From IMG/VR virus record IMGVR_UViG_3300003962_000013, positions 50,785 through 114,784 of that record: a stretch of 64,000 nt of DNA; one strand, given 5' to 3'. Below the pieces are notes generated by a model. The model was given only the letters and a program-made list of their open reading frames with translations, searched no databases and had not been told where the DNA came from. Position numbers and translations under genes: made by a program. Each line of letters opens with the position of its first letter. Position 1 is the first letter of the stretch. Positions 40,512 to 51,364 of this stretch are shown here, in pieces. Source of the DNA: a virus. Its lineage: Duplodnaviria > Caudoviricetes.

Positions 40512-42830
40512 TTAAACTGGAATTAGACCTCTTTCTTTCAAATCCTGTATTATGGTATTGAAATTTCGTTGAACATCCAAAGTAACGTGTTCAGGAAAAA
40601 TAAAACCTGTTCCTCCACCTTGAGATGGAATATCTAATAATATATATCCAGGATCTGGAGTATATCTTCTTATTAAAAATGAATCTAAATCTGTTCCATC
40701 AGCTATATCTCTATTTAGAGTTAAATATAAAGATCCACTTACTTCAGTTCCTTCTACAGAAGTAATGGTATAAGTTTGTGTTTCATCTCCTTCGAATCTA
40801 ATTTCATCATTTGTTTGTAATGTAAATGGCAAAACAGATTCATATGTAGAAGATGTAGGAAATGTTTGATATAATGGAGATGCTGGAGTGTATGATCCTG
40901 TAAAGGCAGAACCAGTAAGAATATTTTTTGATAAAGATCCAGTAGTCCAATATGGAGGATTTATTTGTATATTTGATGGAGATGGAGTTTGTGATAAAGT
41001 AAATGTTCCCGGACCCACAATTATACTTCCATTTGCGTTTTCAGAATTAAGTAGTGTAACTCTATATTTATCTCCATCTACTAATATCTGGGGATCAGAA
41101 GATAAAGTTACATTATATAAAGGAGCCCCGTTTGTTGGTACATTAAAATATCCATATTTTATTTCTTGCCATGAAGATCCTCCTGATGGTAGTTTTAGAA
41201 TTCTTAATAATATAGGAGTAGTTCCAAATGGAGGTAAAGATGCATTATTTTTAGAATAACCAACATATGATAAGTTTATTGAAATAATACCTTGAGCTTT
41301 ATTGGTAGTAACATCTACTTCTATATTTCTATCAGCATAAGCTCCTATATTAGTTGTTGTGTTTGATGAATTTATTATTTCTGTTACTGATTGACCTTGA
41401 TTATCTATTATATTAAAATATTCAGTTGAAGTAGTATAAGTTGAAAATGCTACTGATGTTATATAATTAGGTACATTAGATAATTCATATATATTATCAA
41501 ATACCATATTTGAGGAAGAGTTTGCATTACTTCCAGTTTGGGAATACATAACTGGCTTTGGGTAAACTCCTGATCTTACAATAGGTTTAATACCTTGAAT
41601 ATTAGCAGCATTACCTGTAGAAGTTTCAAATGATATATTTGCATTTTCTCCTGAAAGGAAACTTTGTAATAGATTAGGGTAGTAAGGACTGTTAAGAGAT
41701 GGTGTTTGTACTTTTCCATCCTTATCTATTAAATATAACACATGGGCTGCTTTTTTATTGGTTAAAACATAATTAGTACCATCCATGTAATCAAAATATA
41801 CAAAATATGTTCCTAAATTTTGAACAGATGGTTCTTTTCCAAAACTAGTATCTCCTTCAGTCCATATATTTTTATTTTGTTGGATTAATTTAACACCGTT
41901 ATATCTTGGTAATGTTTGAGCTTTTAAAGCATAGTTATATGGTTTTACAGGAGCTCTTTCTGCTGTATTAGATAATATTTCTGCTTGATTTGATGGAATT
42001 GTAGAACCATTATCATATAATATTTTCATATAATCTACATCATATTCTAATCCATCGGCATTACCATATAATGCATTACAATCACTATAAAAGAAATTTT
42101 TAGTTAAATATGGTTCTAAAACTGTTAAATTAGAAGAAGATTGAGCGGGGACGGATTGTGATATAGACCATCTAATGTTAGAAGCAGAAATTGGTGCTCC
42201 AGATATATTAACAAAGGCAGCAATATATTTACTGTTTTCCATTGAAGTAAACAATGTATTCATTTGGAAGGTTTGATTTGAACCTGTCACCACAAACGAA
42301 CTACCTGTGATAGCTGTACCAGTAGAAGGATCATTATCTCCTAAAAGAAAAAATATTGTTTGGCTTCCAGAAGTATTACTTAAAGTAAATGAGGAAGAAA
42401 AAGTCAACAATATATTTGAAGTATTACTATTATTATATAAACCAGAAGATGTATCAAAATTACCCAACGAGTCTGAGAATATATTATATGAAGATGTTAC
42501 TAGTGCTAGACTTGTTCCCGGAACTATTAGTGCTGATGATGTATATGCAGAAGCACTAAATTCGGTAAGGATTATGTTATTATCAACTGAAGAAGAAATC
42601 TCATTATTAAATGTTCTATATAAATAATATGTGGGAAATTCTGTTATTGAATAAATTGGGAGATCAACTATACCATGATCACTAAGTTGGATTCTTAGAT
42701 TAGTTAATTCTTGTAACGATAAAGTATTATCATTACCCTGTTCATCAAATCTATTAATTTTAATATATTTGATCCCATTAGTAATAATGGTTGGGGAATA
42801 TCTATTTATATTTATTGATGGTGATGACAT
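40512..42830 (-). CDS. Large virion structural protein
   Basis: 772 aa, S/T/N-rich, in the baseplate module. Confidence 0.55.
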   Translation of the reverse strand: MSSPSININRYSPTIITNGIKYIKINRFDEQGNDNTLSLQELTNLRIQLSDHGIVDLPIYSITEFPTYYLYRTFNNEISSSVDNNIILTEFSASAYTSSALIVPGTSLALVTSSYNIFSDSLGNFDTSSGLYNNSNTSNILLTFSSSFTLSNTSGSQTIFFLLGDNDPSTGTAITGSSFVVTGSNQTFQMNTLFTSMENSKYIAAFVNISGAPISASNIRWSISQSVPAQSSSNLTVLEPYLTKNFFYSDCNALYGNADGLEYDVDYMKILYDNGSTIPSNQAEILSNTAERAPVKPYNYALKAQTLPRYNGVKLIQQNKNIWTEGDTSFGKEPSVQNLGTYFVYFDYMDGTNYVLTNKKAAHVLYLIDKDGKVQTPSLNSPYYPNLLQSFLSGENANISFETSTGNAANIQGIKPIVRSGVYPKPVMYSQTGSNANSSSNMVFDNIYELSNVPNYITSVAFSTYTTSTEYFNIIDNQGQSVTEIINSSNTTTNIGAYADRNIEVDVTTNKAQGIISINLSYVGYSKNNASLPPFGTTPILLRILKLPSGGSSWQEIKYGYFNVPTNGAPLYNVTLSSDPQILVDGDKYRVTLLNSENANGSIIVGPGTFTLSQTPSPSNIQINPPYWTTGSLSKNILTGSAFTGSYTPASPLYQTFPTSSTYESVLPFTLQTNDEIRFEGDETQTYTITSVEGTEVSGSLYLTLNRDIADGTDLDSFLIRRYTPDPGYILLDIPSQGGGTGFIFPEHVTLDVQRNFNTIIQDLKERGLIPV

Positions 42831-42836
42831 ATTATT

Positions 42837-43316
42837 TTAGAGTGAAGATGAATCATATAATAAATATATTTCTCCTGAATTTGGTGAAGTAGAACTGTTT
42901 AAAAAATAACTTGATGGAGTTACACTAGAACTATAAAAATATATTTTATAATTTACCAATGTTGGATTTAAGTTTAATAAATTTATACAATCCTCATCAA
43001 CTAATCTTTGGTCTTGTACTTGTAAAGTAGAACCACTAAATTCTCCATTTATAAATTCATCTTGAGTATTATGGGTAGATGTAACTAAACCTACTGGAGT
43101 ATTTAAAGTAACATCCCATGATTGGGTAATATTAACAAATAAATTAGATGAAGAAATATTTCCATTTAATTCAGGCATTGAACCCCCATTACTTCCAGTA
43201 ATGTGTTCTATAGGAATAGATTGATTATCATTAGAAGATATATAGGTTTTTTGTCCATATGATTGAGATGGAGTACTACCTATAGATCCTGTTATGAGAA
43301 TATTTTTTAATGACAT
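42837..43316 (-). CDS. Virion structural protein
   Basis: S/T-rich; EFINGEFSGS. Confidence 0.5.
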   Translation of the reverse strand: MSLKNILITGSIGSTPSQSYGQKTYISSNDNQSIPIEHITGSNGGSMPELNGNISSSNLFVNITQSWDVTLNTPVGLVTSTHNTQDEFINGEFSGSTLQVQDQRLVDEDCINLLNLNPTLVNYKIYFYSSSVTPSSYFLNSSTSPNSGEIYLLYDSSSL

Positions 43317-46300
43317 TAGTAAGGTATATTAAATGTTCTTGATGTTGGGCTTCCTACAAAAGTTATTTCACTATTTGTTGTTGCTTGTGGTAATGGATAT
43401 TTATTTCTTTCTAAAAAGGTTTGTTTTATCACTATACCCGTAGCTAATCCTGATTTTGCAGGAGTAAAATCTTTAATCATTTTAAATAATGAATTATCAT
43501 AAAATTTAATTAATCTTATGTAATCCCACAAATTATAGTTATTAATATATTTAGAAAAATATTCATCTCTCAATTTGTTAAAATCAGGATAATATGTTAA
43601 TGATGAAGATACTTGTCTAGGATCTCCAATATATTCACCAATATTAAATGAACCTAATTGAGCTATAATATCATCATTAATTTCATCTTGGGGAGAAAAA
43701 GCTACTTCAACGTAATTAATATCTCTAGTAAATCTTTCATTTATTAATGGTTGTTGTTGAATAGAAATATATTGAGATAATGTGCTTCCTGAAGGTAAAT
43801 TTTCGTTTATGATTCTAATTTTATTAGTTATTTGGTTTTTAACTCCAACATTAAATTGATTTTGATAATTTGTTTCATAGTTAGGTTCAAAAGTAAATAA
43901 CCCTGATAAATAATATAAACTATCTCCTGTAATAAAAGATTGAGTTACAGGATATAAAGATATTGCTGGGTGGATTGAGGTTCTAGTTGTTTGAGTTATA
44001 TCATTATCTAACACAGTACCTAAAGGGGCTCTAAACATCAAAGTTTGTGTTGATGATTGAGAACCAGTAATTAGATTTCCTTCAATTGAATATGGATTCA
44101 TCACATAATCATTGAATTTACTTTCACTAAGAGTAGTGGTATATATTCTCAATTCTTGGAATGAACCTGAAAATGGGTAATATGTAGTACCAAACATATT
44201 AATACTACTAGAATAAGATAAATATAAAGATCCACTTGCTGTTAATGGGGTAAAAGTAGCTGAGAATGATGATGAAGCTTGAAATCCTATAGTATTCCCA
44301 TCATATCCTGAATATATGGAATTTTTTGCATATAAATTATTGGTAGAAGCATTTCTTCTACTATATAATATAGACCACCATTCTTGATTATAAAAAGGAA
44401 GATATAAACTAGAAGAGGTTCCATCTACTAGATTTATAAATTTTAAGGTACCATATTCGTTATATTCATTAACTGTTGAACCTGAAAATGAACTACTAGT
44501 ATTTCCAGATCCAGTATATGATAATGTTATAGAAAAAATAGGATCTACATATGATAATATCTGATTATTAGAAGATGAAGGGATACCTTTAGTTTTAAAT
44601 CTAAATTCATATGAAAGAGGGTTTCCTAAAATCGAACTGGTTAAAGATGTTTTTAAATGTCCTGTTCCTTCAGAATGAAATTCATAATTAAATTGATCCT
44701 GGAAGTTATCATAATTTACTAAATTTGATGATTGGCCTCCAAATTCATTTATTCTAACAATTGTATCAGGGATACCATAAATATTTATAAGAGTTCTTAA
44801 TCCTTCAGGAGTACCTTTCTTTTTAAGTAAATAAGGTAAATTATGATAAATTCTTTTATATATTTCTTTATTAATATCATCTAATGGTTGTAAATTATTT
44901 AGATTTGAAGATGTTATATATGAATTTATATATTCATACCCATATGGAGAAGGTAATGATCCTGTAGAATAAGGTATATTAAGATTACTTCCTGATGGAG
45001 TAACCCCTAATAATACTGAGTAAATATCTGCTGAGGAGAAATTATTCTGATAGATTTTAACTCCCAAATCTCTAATAGCTTGTGCGACTAAATCTTTAGA
45101 TATACCATAATTTAATCTATTATCTGCATCAAATTTATTAGTAATATCTTTTAAATATACCCAAACATTGTCAAAATTTTGTCCAATCATTTGAACAAAA
45201 AGAAAATATTCATTGTTTGTTGAATCTTCTCTTAAATATGATGGAATAGTATTCAATAATGAATTAACATTATTTGAATCAAAATTAGAAGCTGAATATG
45301 ATTGAGTGGCTAACCAAGCTATTGCTACTGGATTATTTACAGAATAATTAGTATAAGGGGATATAGCATTTGTTTTAGGCCAAGCATGGCTTTCAGATGA
45401 ATAATACAAATAATATTCATATCCATCAAAATTAGTTATGATATTATTTATCTTATCATTCCAGATTTGTTGACTACCAGATTGATAATAACTTGAAGAA
45501 TCAGTGGTATAACTACTACTTACAGTGTATTCTTCTATTAAAGCCAATTTATAATAAAAATTTTCTAAACGAGTTTCAGCTGATGAGAAATGAATAAATT
45601 CAGAATAATCAGAATAATCAATATTAATAGTAATTCCTTTTTCGGCTAAAATACTATTAATTTGAAATAATAAACTTCCTGAACCTACAATAGAAGTATT
45701 TTGTTGAAGTAAAGATTGATTTAAATATGGGGTTGAATTATTAATTTGATCCTCTATATTTAAATTATAATTTGGTCCTCCAATGTAATTAAGGGTTTCT
45801 TTGATTTCAAAAACTGGGGTTAACTCAATTTGGTATGCTTGAGATTCAGCTATTTGTTCTACAACCCAACATTGTGAATTAAGACTAAATTCTTCAGGTA
45901 AAGGTTCATATAATTTAATTAATACTGTTGGATCATTTGGATTAGTATTATCTAATGCTATGTTATTAGCAATAATTAATTTATTATTTCCAAAATTTAA
46001 ATAAAAATCTAAATAAGAACCAGCAGAATTAGCTATATCTATAGCAAATTGAGTTGTAAGTTCTACTACATCTATATTAGAAATAGTAGTAGTGTTTAAT
46101 CTTAATTCAGTTCTATCTGTACTTATATCTTGAATATAAAATGTACTGTTAACTGAAGAAGAAAGTTTTCTTTTTAAAAAATTATATATTGTATAATATT
46201 GTCCTTCAGTAAATCCTTGTAATTCTAAATCAGATTGGGGATCAAGAATTAAACTATTATCTAAAATTTTAAAATTAGGATAACCTGTGAGATTATTGAA

Positions 46301-46468
46301 TAAAACATTTTGGTTTAAATCTAAAATAAAATATTCTAAATAATCTTGAGAAGGATCAAAAGTTATATCTTGGATAAAATTAGATATAAGAGATTCATCT
46401 GTAGGGGAATAATTCTGCAGTTGAAGAGTATTTGGGTCTATGTTTTGTATATTAACTATTTTATCCAT
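43316..46468 (-). CDS. Large baseplate wedge protein
   Basis: 1050 aa; IYHNLPYLLKKKGTPEGLRTLINIYG (P2 gpI / gp7-like motif). Confidence 0.65.
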   Translation of the reverse strand: MDKIVNIQNIDPNTLQLQNYSPTDESLISNFIQDITFDPSQDYLEYFILDLNQNVLFNNLTGYPNFKILDNSLILDPQSDLELQGFTEGQYYTIYNFLKRKLSSSVNSTFYIQDISTDRTELRLNTTTISNIDVVELTTQFAIDIANSAGSYLDFYLNFGNNKLIIANNIALDNTNPNDPTVLIKLYEPLPEEFSLNSQCWVVEQIAESQAYQIELTPVFEIKETLNYIGGPNYNLNIEDQINNSTPYLNQSLLQQNTSIVGSGSLLFQINSILAEKGITINIDYSDYSEFIHFSSAETRLENFYYKLALIEEYTVSSSYTTDSSSYYQSGSQQIWNDKINNIITNFDGYEYYLYYSSESHAWPKTNAISPYTNYSVNNPVAIAWLATQSYSASNFDSNNVNSLLNTIPSYLREDSTNNEYFLFVQMIGQNFDNVWVYLKDITNKFDADNRLNYGISKDLVAQAIRDLGVKIYQNNFSSADIYSVLLGVTPSGSNLNIPYSTGSLPSPYGYEYINSYITSSNLNNLQPLDDINKEIYKRIYHNLPYLLKKKGTPEGLRTLINIYGIPDTIVRINEFGGQSSNLVNYDNFQDQFNYEFHSEGTGHLKTSLTSSILGNPLSYEFRFKTKGIPSSSNNQILSYVDPIFSITLSYTGSGNTSSSFSGSTVNEYNEYGTLKFINLVDGTSSSLYLPFYNQEWWSILYSRRNASTNNLYAKNSIYSGYDGNTIGFQASSSFSATFTPLTASGSLYLSYSSSINMFGTTYYPFSGSFQELRIYTTTLSESKFNDYVMNPYSIEGNLITGSQSSTQTLMFRAPLGTVLDNDITQTTRTSIHPAISLYPVTQSFITGDSLYYLSGLFTFEPNYETNYQNQFNVGVKNQITNKIRIINENLPSGSTLSQYISIQQQPLINERFTRDINYVEVAFSPQDEINDDIIAQLGSFNIGEYIGDPRQVSSSLTYYPDFNKLRDEYFSKYINNYNLWDYIRLIKFYDNSLFKMIKDFTPAKSGLATGIVIKQTFLERNKYPLPQATTNSEITFVGSPTSRTFNIPY

Positions 46469-46835
46469 TTAGTAAAGTGCTGCTACCTGATATTTGTAAT
46501 TGAATAAGTTTTTGGTTAAGGTCTAAATTTTGTTGTTGAAGAGAATTAATTTCATCAATTAATGCTTGTTCAGTATTACTCAAAGATATTGAACCAATAT
46601 ATTCTGTACTTGTTTTTATAAGATATTCATGAGAATTAGTGGCTCCAAATTTAGGGATTTGGAAAAACAATTCATTATAATACTGGAAAAATTCATCAAT
46701 AGATATAGTTTGAGGAGTTATATTTCCATCATTAGGTACTGATGTAGCTAATTGGGAAAATTTAGTATCAATAACTTTCTCATATTGATTTTTTGCGAAT
46801 GATTTTTTATTTAGATTTATTTTTTCCACTTTCAA
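46461..46835 (-). CDS. Hypothetical virion protein
   Basis: FFQYYNELFFQIPKFG..SHEYL. Confidence 0.55.
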   Translation of the reverse strand: MKVEKINLNKKSFAKNQYEKVIDTKFSQLATSVPNDGNITPQTISIDEFFQYYNELFFQIPKFGATNSHEYLIKTSTEYIGSISLSNTEQALIDEINSLQQQNLDLNQKLIQLQISGSSTLLNG

Positions 46836-47350
46836 TAGAATATTTCTAATAATTTAATATTTCCTTTACCATCATAACCAACATTGTTAATATTAGGATA
46901 ATCTAATTTAGAAAAAGGTATGGTTTCTTTTTTTATAAGAATGTTTTTCACAAAATCATCCAATTTAGCAATTTTACTCTTTAATTGAGAATTAGTATTG
47001 AATTCGGGATGATTTATTATAAATTCGAATTCATCGTCAGAATTACTTTCATCAAATAAATCTATCCCCTCTTCAGATAAAGCTAATTTTATATCTATAC
47101 CTAATTTTTTAACATTAAGTTTTTCTTGGGTTAAAGAATCATTTTTTAAATCATATATTTTAGCAATAAAATTAGGATATTTATCTCCTAGTTCTTTTTC
47201 TTTAATTAAATTATCTTTATTGATATTTGAAGAAAATTTTTTAATTACTTTATTTGAATCATCAGATAAATATACATCTTTAGATCCTCCTCTCCCTATC
47301 ATCTTTTCTATTTCTTCTTTTATAATTAATCTAACTTGTGATTTTTTCAT
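46832..47350 (-). CDS. Protein kinase-like fold protein (degenerate)
   Basis: IGRGGSKDVY, KVIK, NNVGYD..GNIKLLE. Confidence 0.45.
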   Translation of the reverse strand: MKKSQVRLIIKEEIEKMIGRGGSKDVYLSDDSNKVIKKFSSNINKDNLIKEKELGDKYPNFIAKIYDLKNDSLTQEKLNVKKLGIDIKLALSEEGIDLFDESNSDDEFEFIINHPEFNTNSQLKSKIAKLDDFVKNILIKKETIPFSKLDYPNINNVGYDGKGNIKLLEIFY

Positions 47351-48462
47351 TACCCGTTAATTATTTTAAAATTATAATTATTATCAATTATAACAGTATT
47401 TCCATTCAACACAGTTTGTATAAGTATTTTATAATATCTTTCAGGTTGAAGTCCATTCATATAAAGAGTAAAGAAACTACCTTCACTATCTTGACTTAAT
47501 TTAGTATAAGTTGAATCAAAATCAATAACAAATTCATTAGTATACATATCTTTTACAGCATAGTATGAAGATGTAGGTAAATAATAATTTTGTGCATAAT
47601 ATGAAGAAGTAGAAAATGTTCTATTAGGATATTCAGGGCGTGAATTAATTCTAAATATATTTATACTTCCAGAATAAAAATACCCAGGATTATTACCTAT
47701 TGATATATTAAATGATTGAGATGATAATGTAGATAGCGTTGAAGAACCAGTAGAAAATGAAGCGTCATTCCATTTAAATTCTAAACATGGAGGATATATA
47801 GTATGAGTATCAATAGAAAAATACTTCATTTTTGGTTGTGTATTTTCATTATCTATAAATTCATCTTTTTGCTTAACTATAAATCCATCATTAGGTATAG
47901 ACCCACTAAACCAACTTGACACTATGTTAGTTACATTTAAATTTATATCTTTATCTGTGTAATACCCAAATGTTTGAGAACTACTTAAAGATTGAGTTAC
48001 ATACCAAGTACATCCTCCTGGGTCAACAGATGCTGAATAAGAACCAGTCGAACCTGGGGCAAAAGAACTAGTAGTCCATATTGTACCACCTTGATAGTCT
48101 CTCCAAATCCAACTAGCTCCATTTTGAATTTCAGGGGAGTTTAAGTATCTTCCAGTTCCCATATTCCAACTTTGAGAAACTGGGAATACCTGAATTGTTG
48201 TATCTGAGTTTAAAGATGTAACATTTGCTACAAAAAGTCTTAAATTCGATGCCCATTGGGAACCAGATATTTTACTAGTAATTACATTTGATATTTCTGT
48301 AGAATCAAATTGGATAAGAAAACGACTTGATTGTGGGGATGGTTCATATAATGCTCCAACTTCAAGAGATGATTCAAGAATTTCGTCTAATCCAGTATTC
48401 ATTTCTGGATACATTGAATATAATGTAGTGTCTTTAGTTGGGAAAATTTTATATATTGCCAT
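47350..48462 (-). CDS. Virion structural protein (DNRLRE-like)
   Basis: KDTTLYS…NTGLDEIL…SRFLIQFD…W..GTG. Confidence 0.55.
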   Translation of the reverse strand: MAIYKIFPTKDTTLYSMYPEMNTGLDEILESSLEVGALYEPSPQSSRFLIQFDSTEISNVITSKISGSQWASNLRLFVANVTSLNSDTTIQVFPVSQSWNMGTGRYLNSPEIQNGASWIWRDYQGGTIWTTSSFAPGSTGSYSASVDPGGCTWYVTQSLSSSQTFGYYTDKDINLNVTNIVSSWFSGSIPNDGFIVKQKDEFIDNENTQPKMKYFSIDTHTIYPPCLEFKWNDASFSTGSSTLSTLSSQSFNISIGNNPGYFYSGSINIFRINSRPEYPNRTFSTSSYYAQNYYLPTSSYYAVKDMYTNEFVIDFDSTYTKLSQDSEGSFFTLYMNGLQPERYYKILIQTVLNGNTVIIDNNYNFKIING

Positions 48463-48523
48463 GTGTTAATTTCTTTTTTAAAATAAATCCATAAATTTTA
48501 TATTGTATTCCTTTTTATATATT

Positions 48524-48865
48524 TTAATCATATATTTTCTCAATAGTATTATCTTCTACTTTATATTTACCATTAGTTAATTTAAAAATTTCGTTATTTG
48601 CTTCTTCACTATTTCTAGTTCCTCTCCAAATTAAATTTTTAATATCCATAGAATCACCAAATCCTTTAAATTTATTTACTAAATCTCCTCCTAAAAATCC
48701 AGAAGAAGGACCAACCATTACCCAACCATCATCTCTAATCCATAGCATACTTGGTTTATATTGATTCAATAAATCTGCTAACTTTTGATAATTAGGAGAA
48801 CCTCCTTCTTTCAAAATAGAATTTATTTCTTCTTTAATTAATTGTTTTAATTCTGATTTTTTTAT
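48524..48865 (-). CDS. Putative internal head protein with non-ATG start
   Basis: The frame extends upstream of the annotated start to ATA at 48865: (I)KKSELKQLIKEEINSILKEGG. Confidence 0.5.
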   Translation of the reverse strand: MKKSELKQLIKEEINSILKEGGSPNYQKLADLLNQYKPSMLWIRDDGWVMVGPSSGFLGGDLVNKFKGFGDSMDIKNLIWRGTRNSEEANNEIFKLTNGKYKVEDNTIEKIYD

Positions 48866-49527
48866 TTTGTATAATTTTTTCTAAATTTATATATTCCTTT
48901 GTTTTTTAAATAATTTAACATAGTAGGAACAGATATATTATATAGTTTTGATAATTGGTTTGTTGATAAAGTTTTATATTGTTCTTTAATTAATTCAAAA
49001 TCTAAAGAGTTTTGTTTATAATTACTTTTTTTACCTGTTATATTTTGAGACATTTTATCCTTAACTTCTTGAGATCTAGTGGTCCCTCTATTTAACATAT
49101 TTGGTTTTCCTTTTTTTAATAAACTAATTTTTTTACCAAATCCTTTTGGTTTTGGCTTTTTATTTTTAGCTCCAATTCTATCTTTAGTTTCTTGAGAAAC
49201 TAAACCTCTACCTTTACCTAATCTTAAATTTAAACCAAATTTAGGTTCTAGTGTTTTAAAATGCATCCCCCAATATATTTCTCGTTCATTTAATTGATCT
49301 AAACTACATTCCTCAATTATTTCAAATTCATGATTTTCAGGACCATACTTTTTAAGTGAATTATATATCTTAATCTGAGATTTCAATGTTATATGAATAT
49401 TTTTATATTCTTTAAATCTTTTTTCTATATTAACAGTTTGTCCTATATATATTTTTCCGTTTGGGTTTGTTATTTTATATATTCCTATACTCATAATGTT
49501 TTTATTATAAATATTATAAAGAAACAA
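48862..49527 (-). CDS. GIY-YIG homing endonuclease
   Basis: GIYKITNPNGKIYIGQT; catalytic domain very close to 19088..19708; likely start at MSIGIY. Confidence 0.9.
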   Translation of the reverse strand: MFLYNIYNKNIMSIGIYKITNPNGKIYIGQTVNIEKRFKEYKNIHITLKSQIKIYNSLKKYGPENHEFEIIEECSLDQLNEREIYWGMHFKTLEPKFGLNLRLGKGRGLVSQETKDRIGAKNKKPKPKGFGKKISLLKKGKPNMLNRGTTRSQEVKDKMSQNITGKKSNYKQNSLDFELIKEQYKTLSTNQLSKLYNISVPTMLNYLKNKGIYKFRKNYTK

Positions 49528-51364
49528 CCCTACCGGAGATATCTGTTTGTGGATACTTCACTTCAAAAATCATAGGATCTATTGATGGATAAATCACATT
49601 ATTTTTAGTTGCTCCAGATATATCATAAGTATATTGAGAATATCCTAATGAAGTTCCTGTTTTGTTTGTTATAGTAATATTTTTAACTGTTTGAACTCCT
49701 TCTACTTTATCTAATAAAATATATAATTCTCTCAATATTATTGGCTGGTTGATTTGCCATTTATCTACTGAAAAATATGATTGAAGTGTAGTTATACAAC
49801 GAGTTAAAACATCATTATTATTATAATTAGGTAAAACAATTATATCAAAATCAACTCCTATATTGATTATAAATCCATCCTTAATATTAATAGCATCATT
49901 AATCATTCTATATTGAGAAAGATATGTAGATAAATTTTGTTTTAAAGCTTGAGATGCTGTATTAAGTTTGTTATTAATATCTTTTGTTAAAACATATAAA
50001 TCTAAGATTCCATTTGATTCACCTGGTGATATAGATTGAATCTTGGTAGGTTCAATATAAGCTTTAGCTATATTCCCGTATTTAGCAGGCATACTTAATG
50101 CTCTTACTAAATAATCATCTTGAGTTACGTTTCTAAGTTGGGATGAAAAGTTTGAAGAAGCATTTTGTCTAATTTCTTCGATTGTGTCTCCATCTCCTCC
50201 TCCACTAGCAGCTTCAGGATTTGTAACTGCTAAAGAAGTATAAATACTGTTTGCTGTAACTGTTACCAAATTAGTGTTTAAAAAAGTTGGAGTTGCGTTT
50301 AATCTAGTTAATGTATTAGCTGCTACATTAGATGAAATACCACCTCCTGTTAAATATCTAAATGTTAATGTAGTATTAGAAGGAGCAACTCCATATGTTT
50401 TAGTAAATAAAAAATTAGAAGGTGTAAATGCTGTTGTTAATTTGGTTTGTTTAAATGGTAATCCTATTCCTACATTATCAGGATTTGGAATTATAACTTC
50501 ATCAGAATCTGAGGTTGTACCAGCTCCAAATTGAATTTGTAATGTAGTAGAATTTCTTAATCTAGTAGCAAATCTATATTGAACTTTTTTTAATTTTAAT
50601 AAATACGGAGTATCACTATTATATTGGGATAGATTTGGGTCATTAATGTTGGTATTTTTGATTGAATCATAAACCATTTCTTGACCCAAATAATCCACTT
50701 CATACCAGTTATTTCCTTCACTATCTGTACAATCTAAAATTCCTATTAAATTTGAAGCATTTATTTCAACTGTACTAAATTTAGTAGGAGAACCAAATGA
50801 AAATGTTGTTGTATTTATAGTTGCTGATATAGCACTACGAGATTTTTTTAGTAAAAAATATGTTGGATTTCCTCCTGATACTTCATATATTGTGACTTCC
50901 GTAGGATCAATTGAACTTGATACAGAAAAATCTACAGGATCTGAAATTAAGAAAGATACTCCATTAGTTGTAGTAACTGTTGAATTTCCATTTATAAATA
51001 AAGTATAATCAAAATCTGGTATATATGTTGAACCAGATAATTTTGCAGGAAGTTTCTGATAAAAATCTATATTAGTTGTTGCTACTCCAGTTACATTTGG
51101 TTTATAACCAAACATATATGCTAATTCAAATAAATTATTCGATTGACGAGCAAATTGTAAATAATTCTCTTGTACTTGATTATCTAAATAAAAAGATAAA
51201 ACATCACCCACATACGCTGCCATTTCCATAAACATCATACCAGGAGATGCAGGACTAAAGTCATTATATGTAGTTGGGAAATAAGTTTTAGCATAATCAA
51301 CTAGATTAGCTTTAAACTCATTAAAATCTTTATTTATGTATTTTATATTTTTATTAGCAGCCAT
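49514..51364 (-). CDS. Baseplate wedge subunit (T4 gp6 / gpJ-like)
   Basis: DFSPASPGMMFMEMAAYVGDVLSFYLD; GGGDGDTIEEIR; RNVTQDDY. Confidence 0.9.
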   Translation of the reverse strand: MAANKNIKYINKDFNEFKANLVDYAKTYFPTTYNDFSPASPGMMFMEMAAYVGDVLSFYLDNQVQENYLQFARQSNNLFELAYMFGYKPNVTGVATTNIDFYQKLPAKLSGSTYIPDFDYTLFINGNSTVTTTNGVSFLISDPVDFSVSSSIDPTEVTIYEVSGGNPTYFLLKKSRSAISATINTTTFSFGSPTKFSTVEINASNLIGILDCTDSEGNNWYEVDYLGQEMVYDSIKNTNINDPNLSQYNSDTPYLLKLKKVQYRFATRLRNSTTLQIQFGAGTTSDSDEVIIPNPDNVGIGLPFKQTKLTTAFTPSNFLFTKTYGVAPSNTTLTFRYLTGGGISSNVAANTLTRLNATPTFLNTNLVTVTANSIYTSLAVTNPEAASGGGDGDTIEEIRQNASSNFSSQLRNVTQDDYLVRALSMPAKYGNIAKAYIEPTKIQSISPGESNGILDLYVLTKDINNKLNTASQALKQNLSTYLSQYRMINDAINIKDGFIINIGVDFDIIVLPNYNNNDVLTRCITTLQSYFSVDKWQINQPIILRELYILLDKVEGVQTVKNITITNKTGTSLGYSQYTYDISGATKNNVIYPSIDPMIFEVKYPQTDISGRVVSL

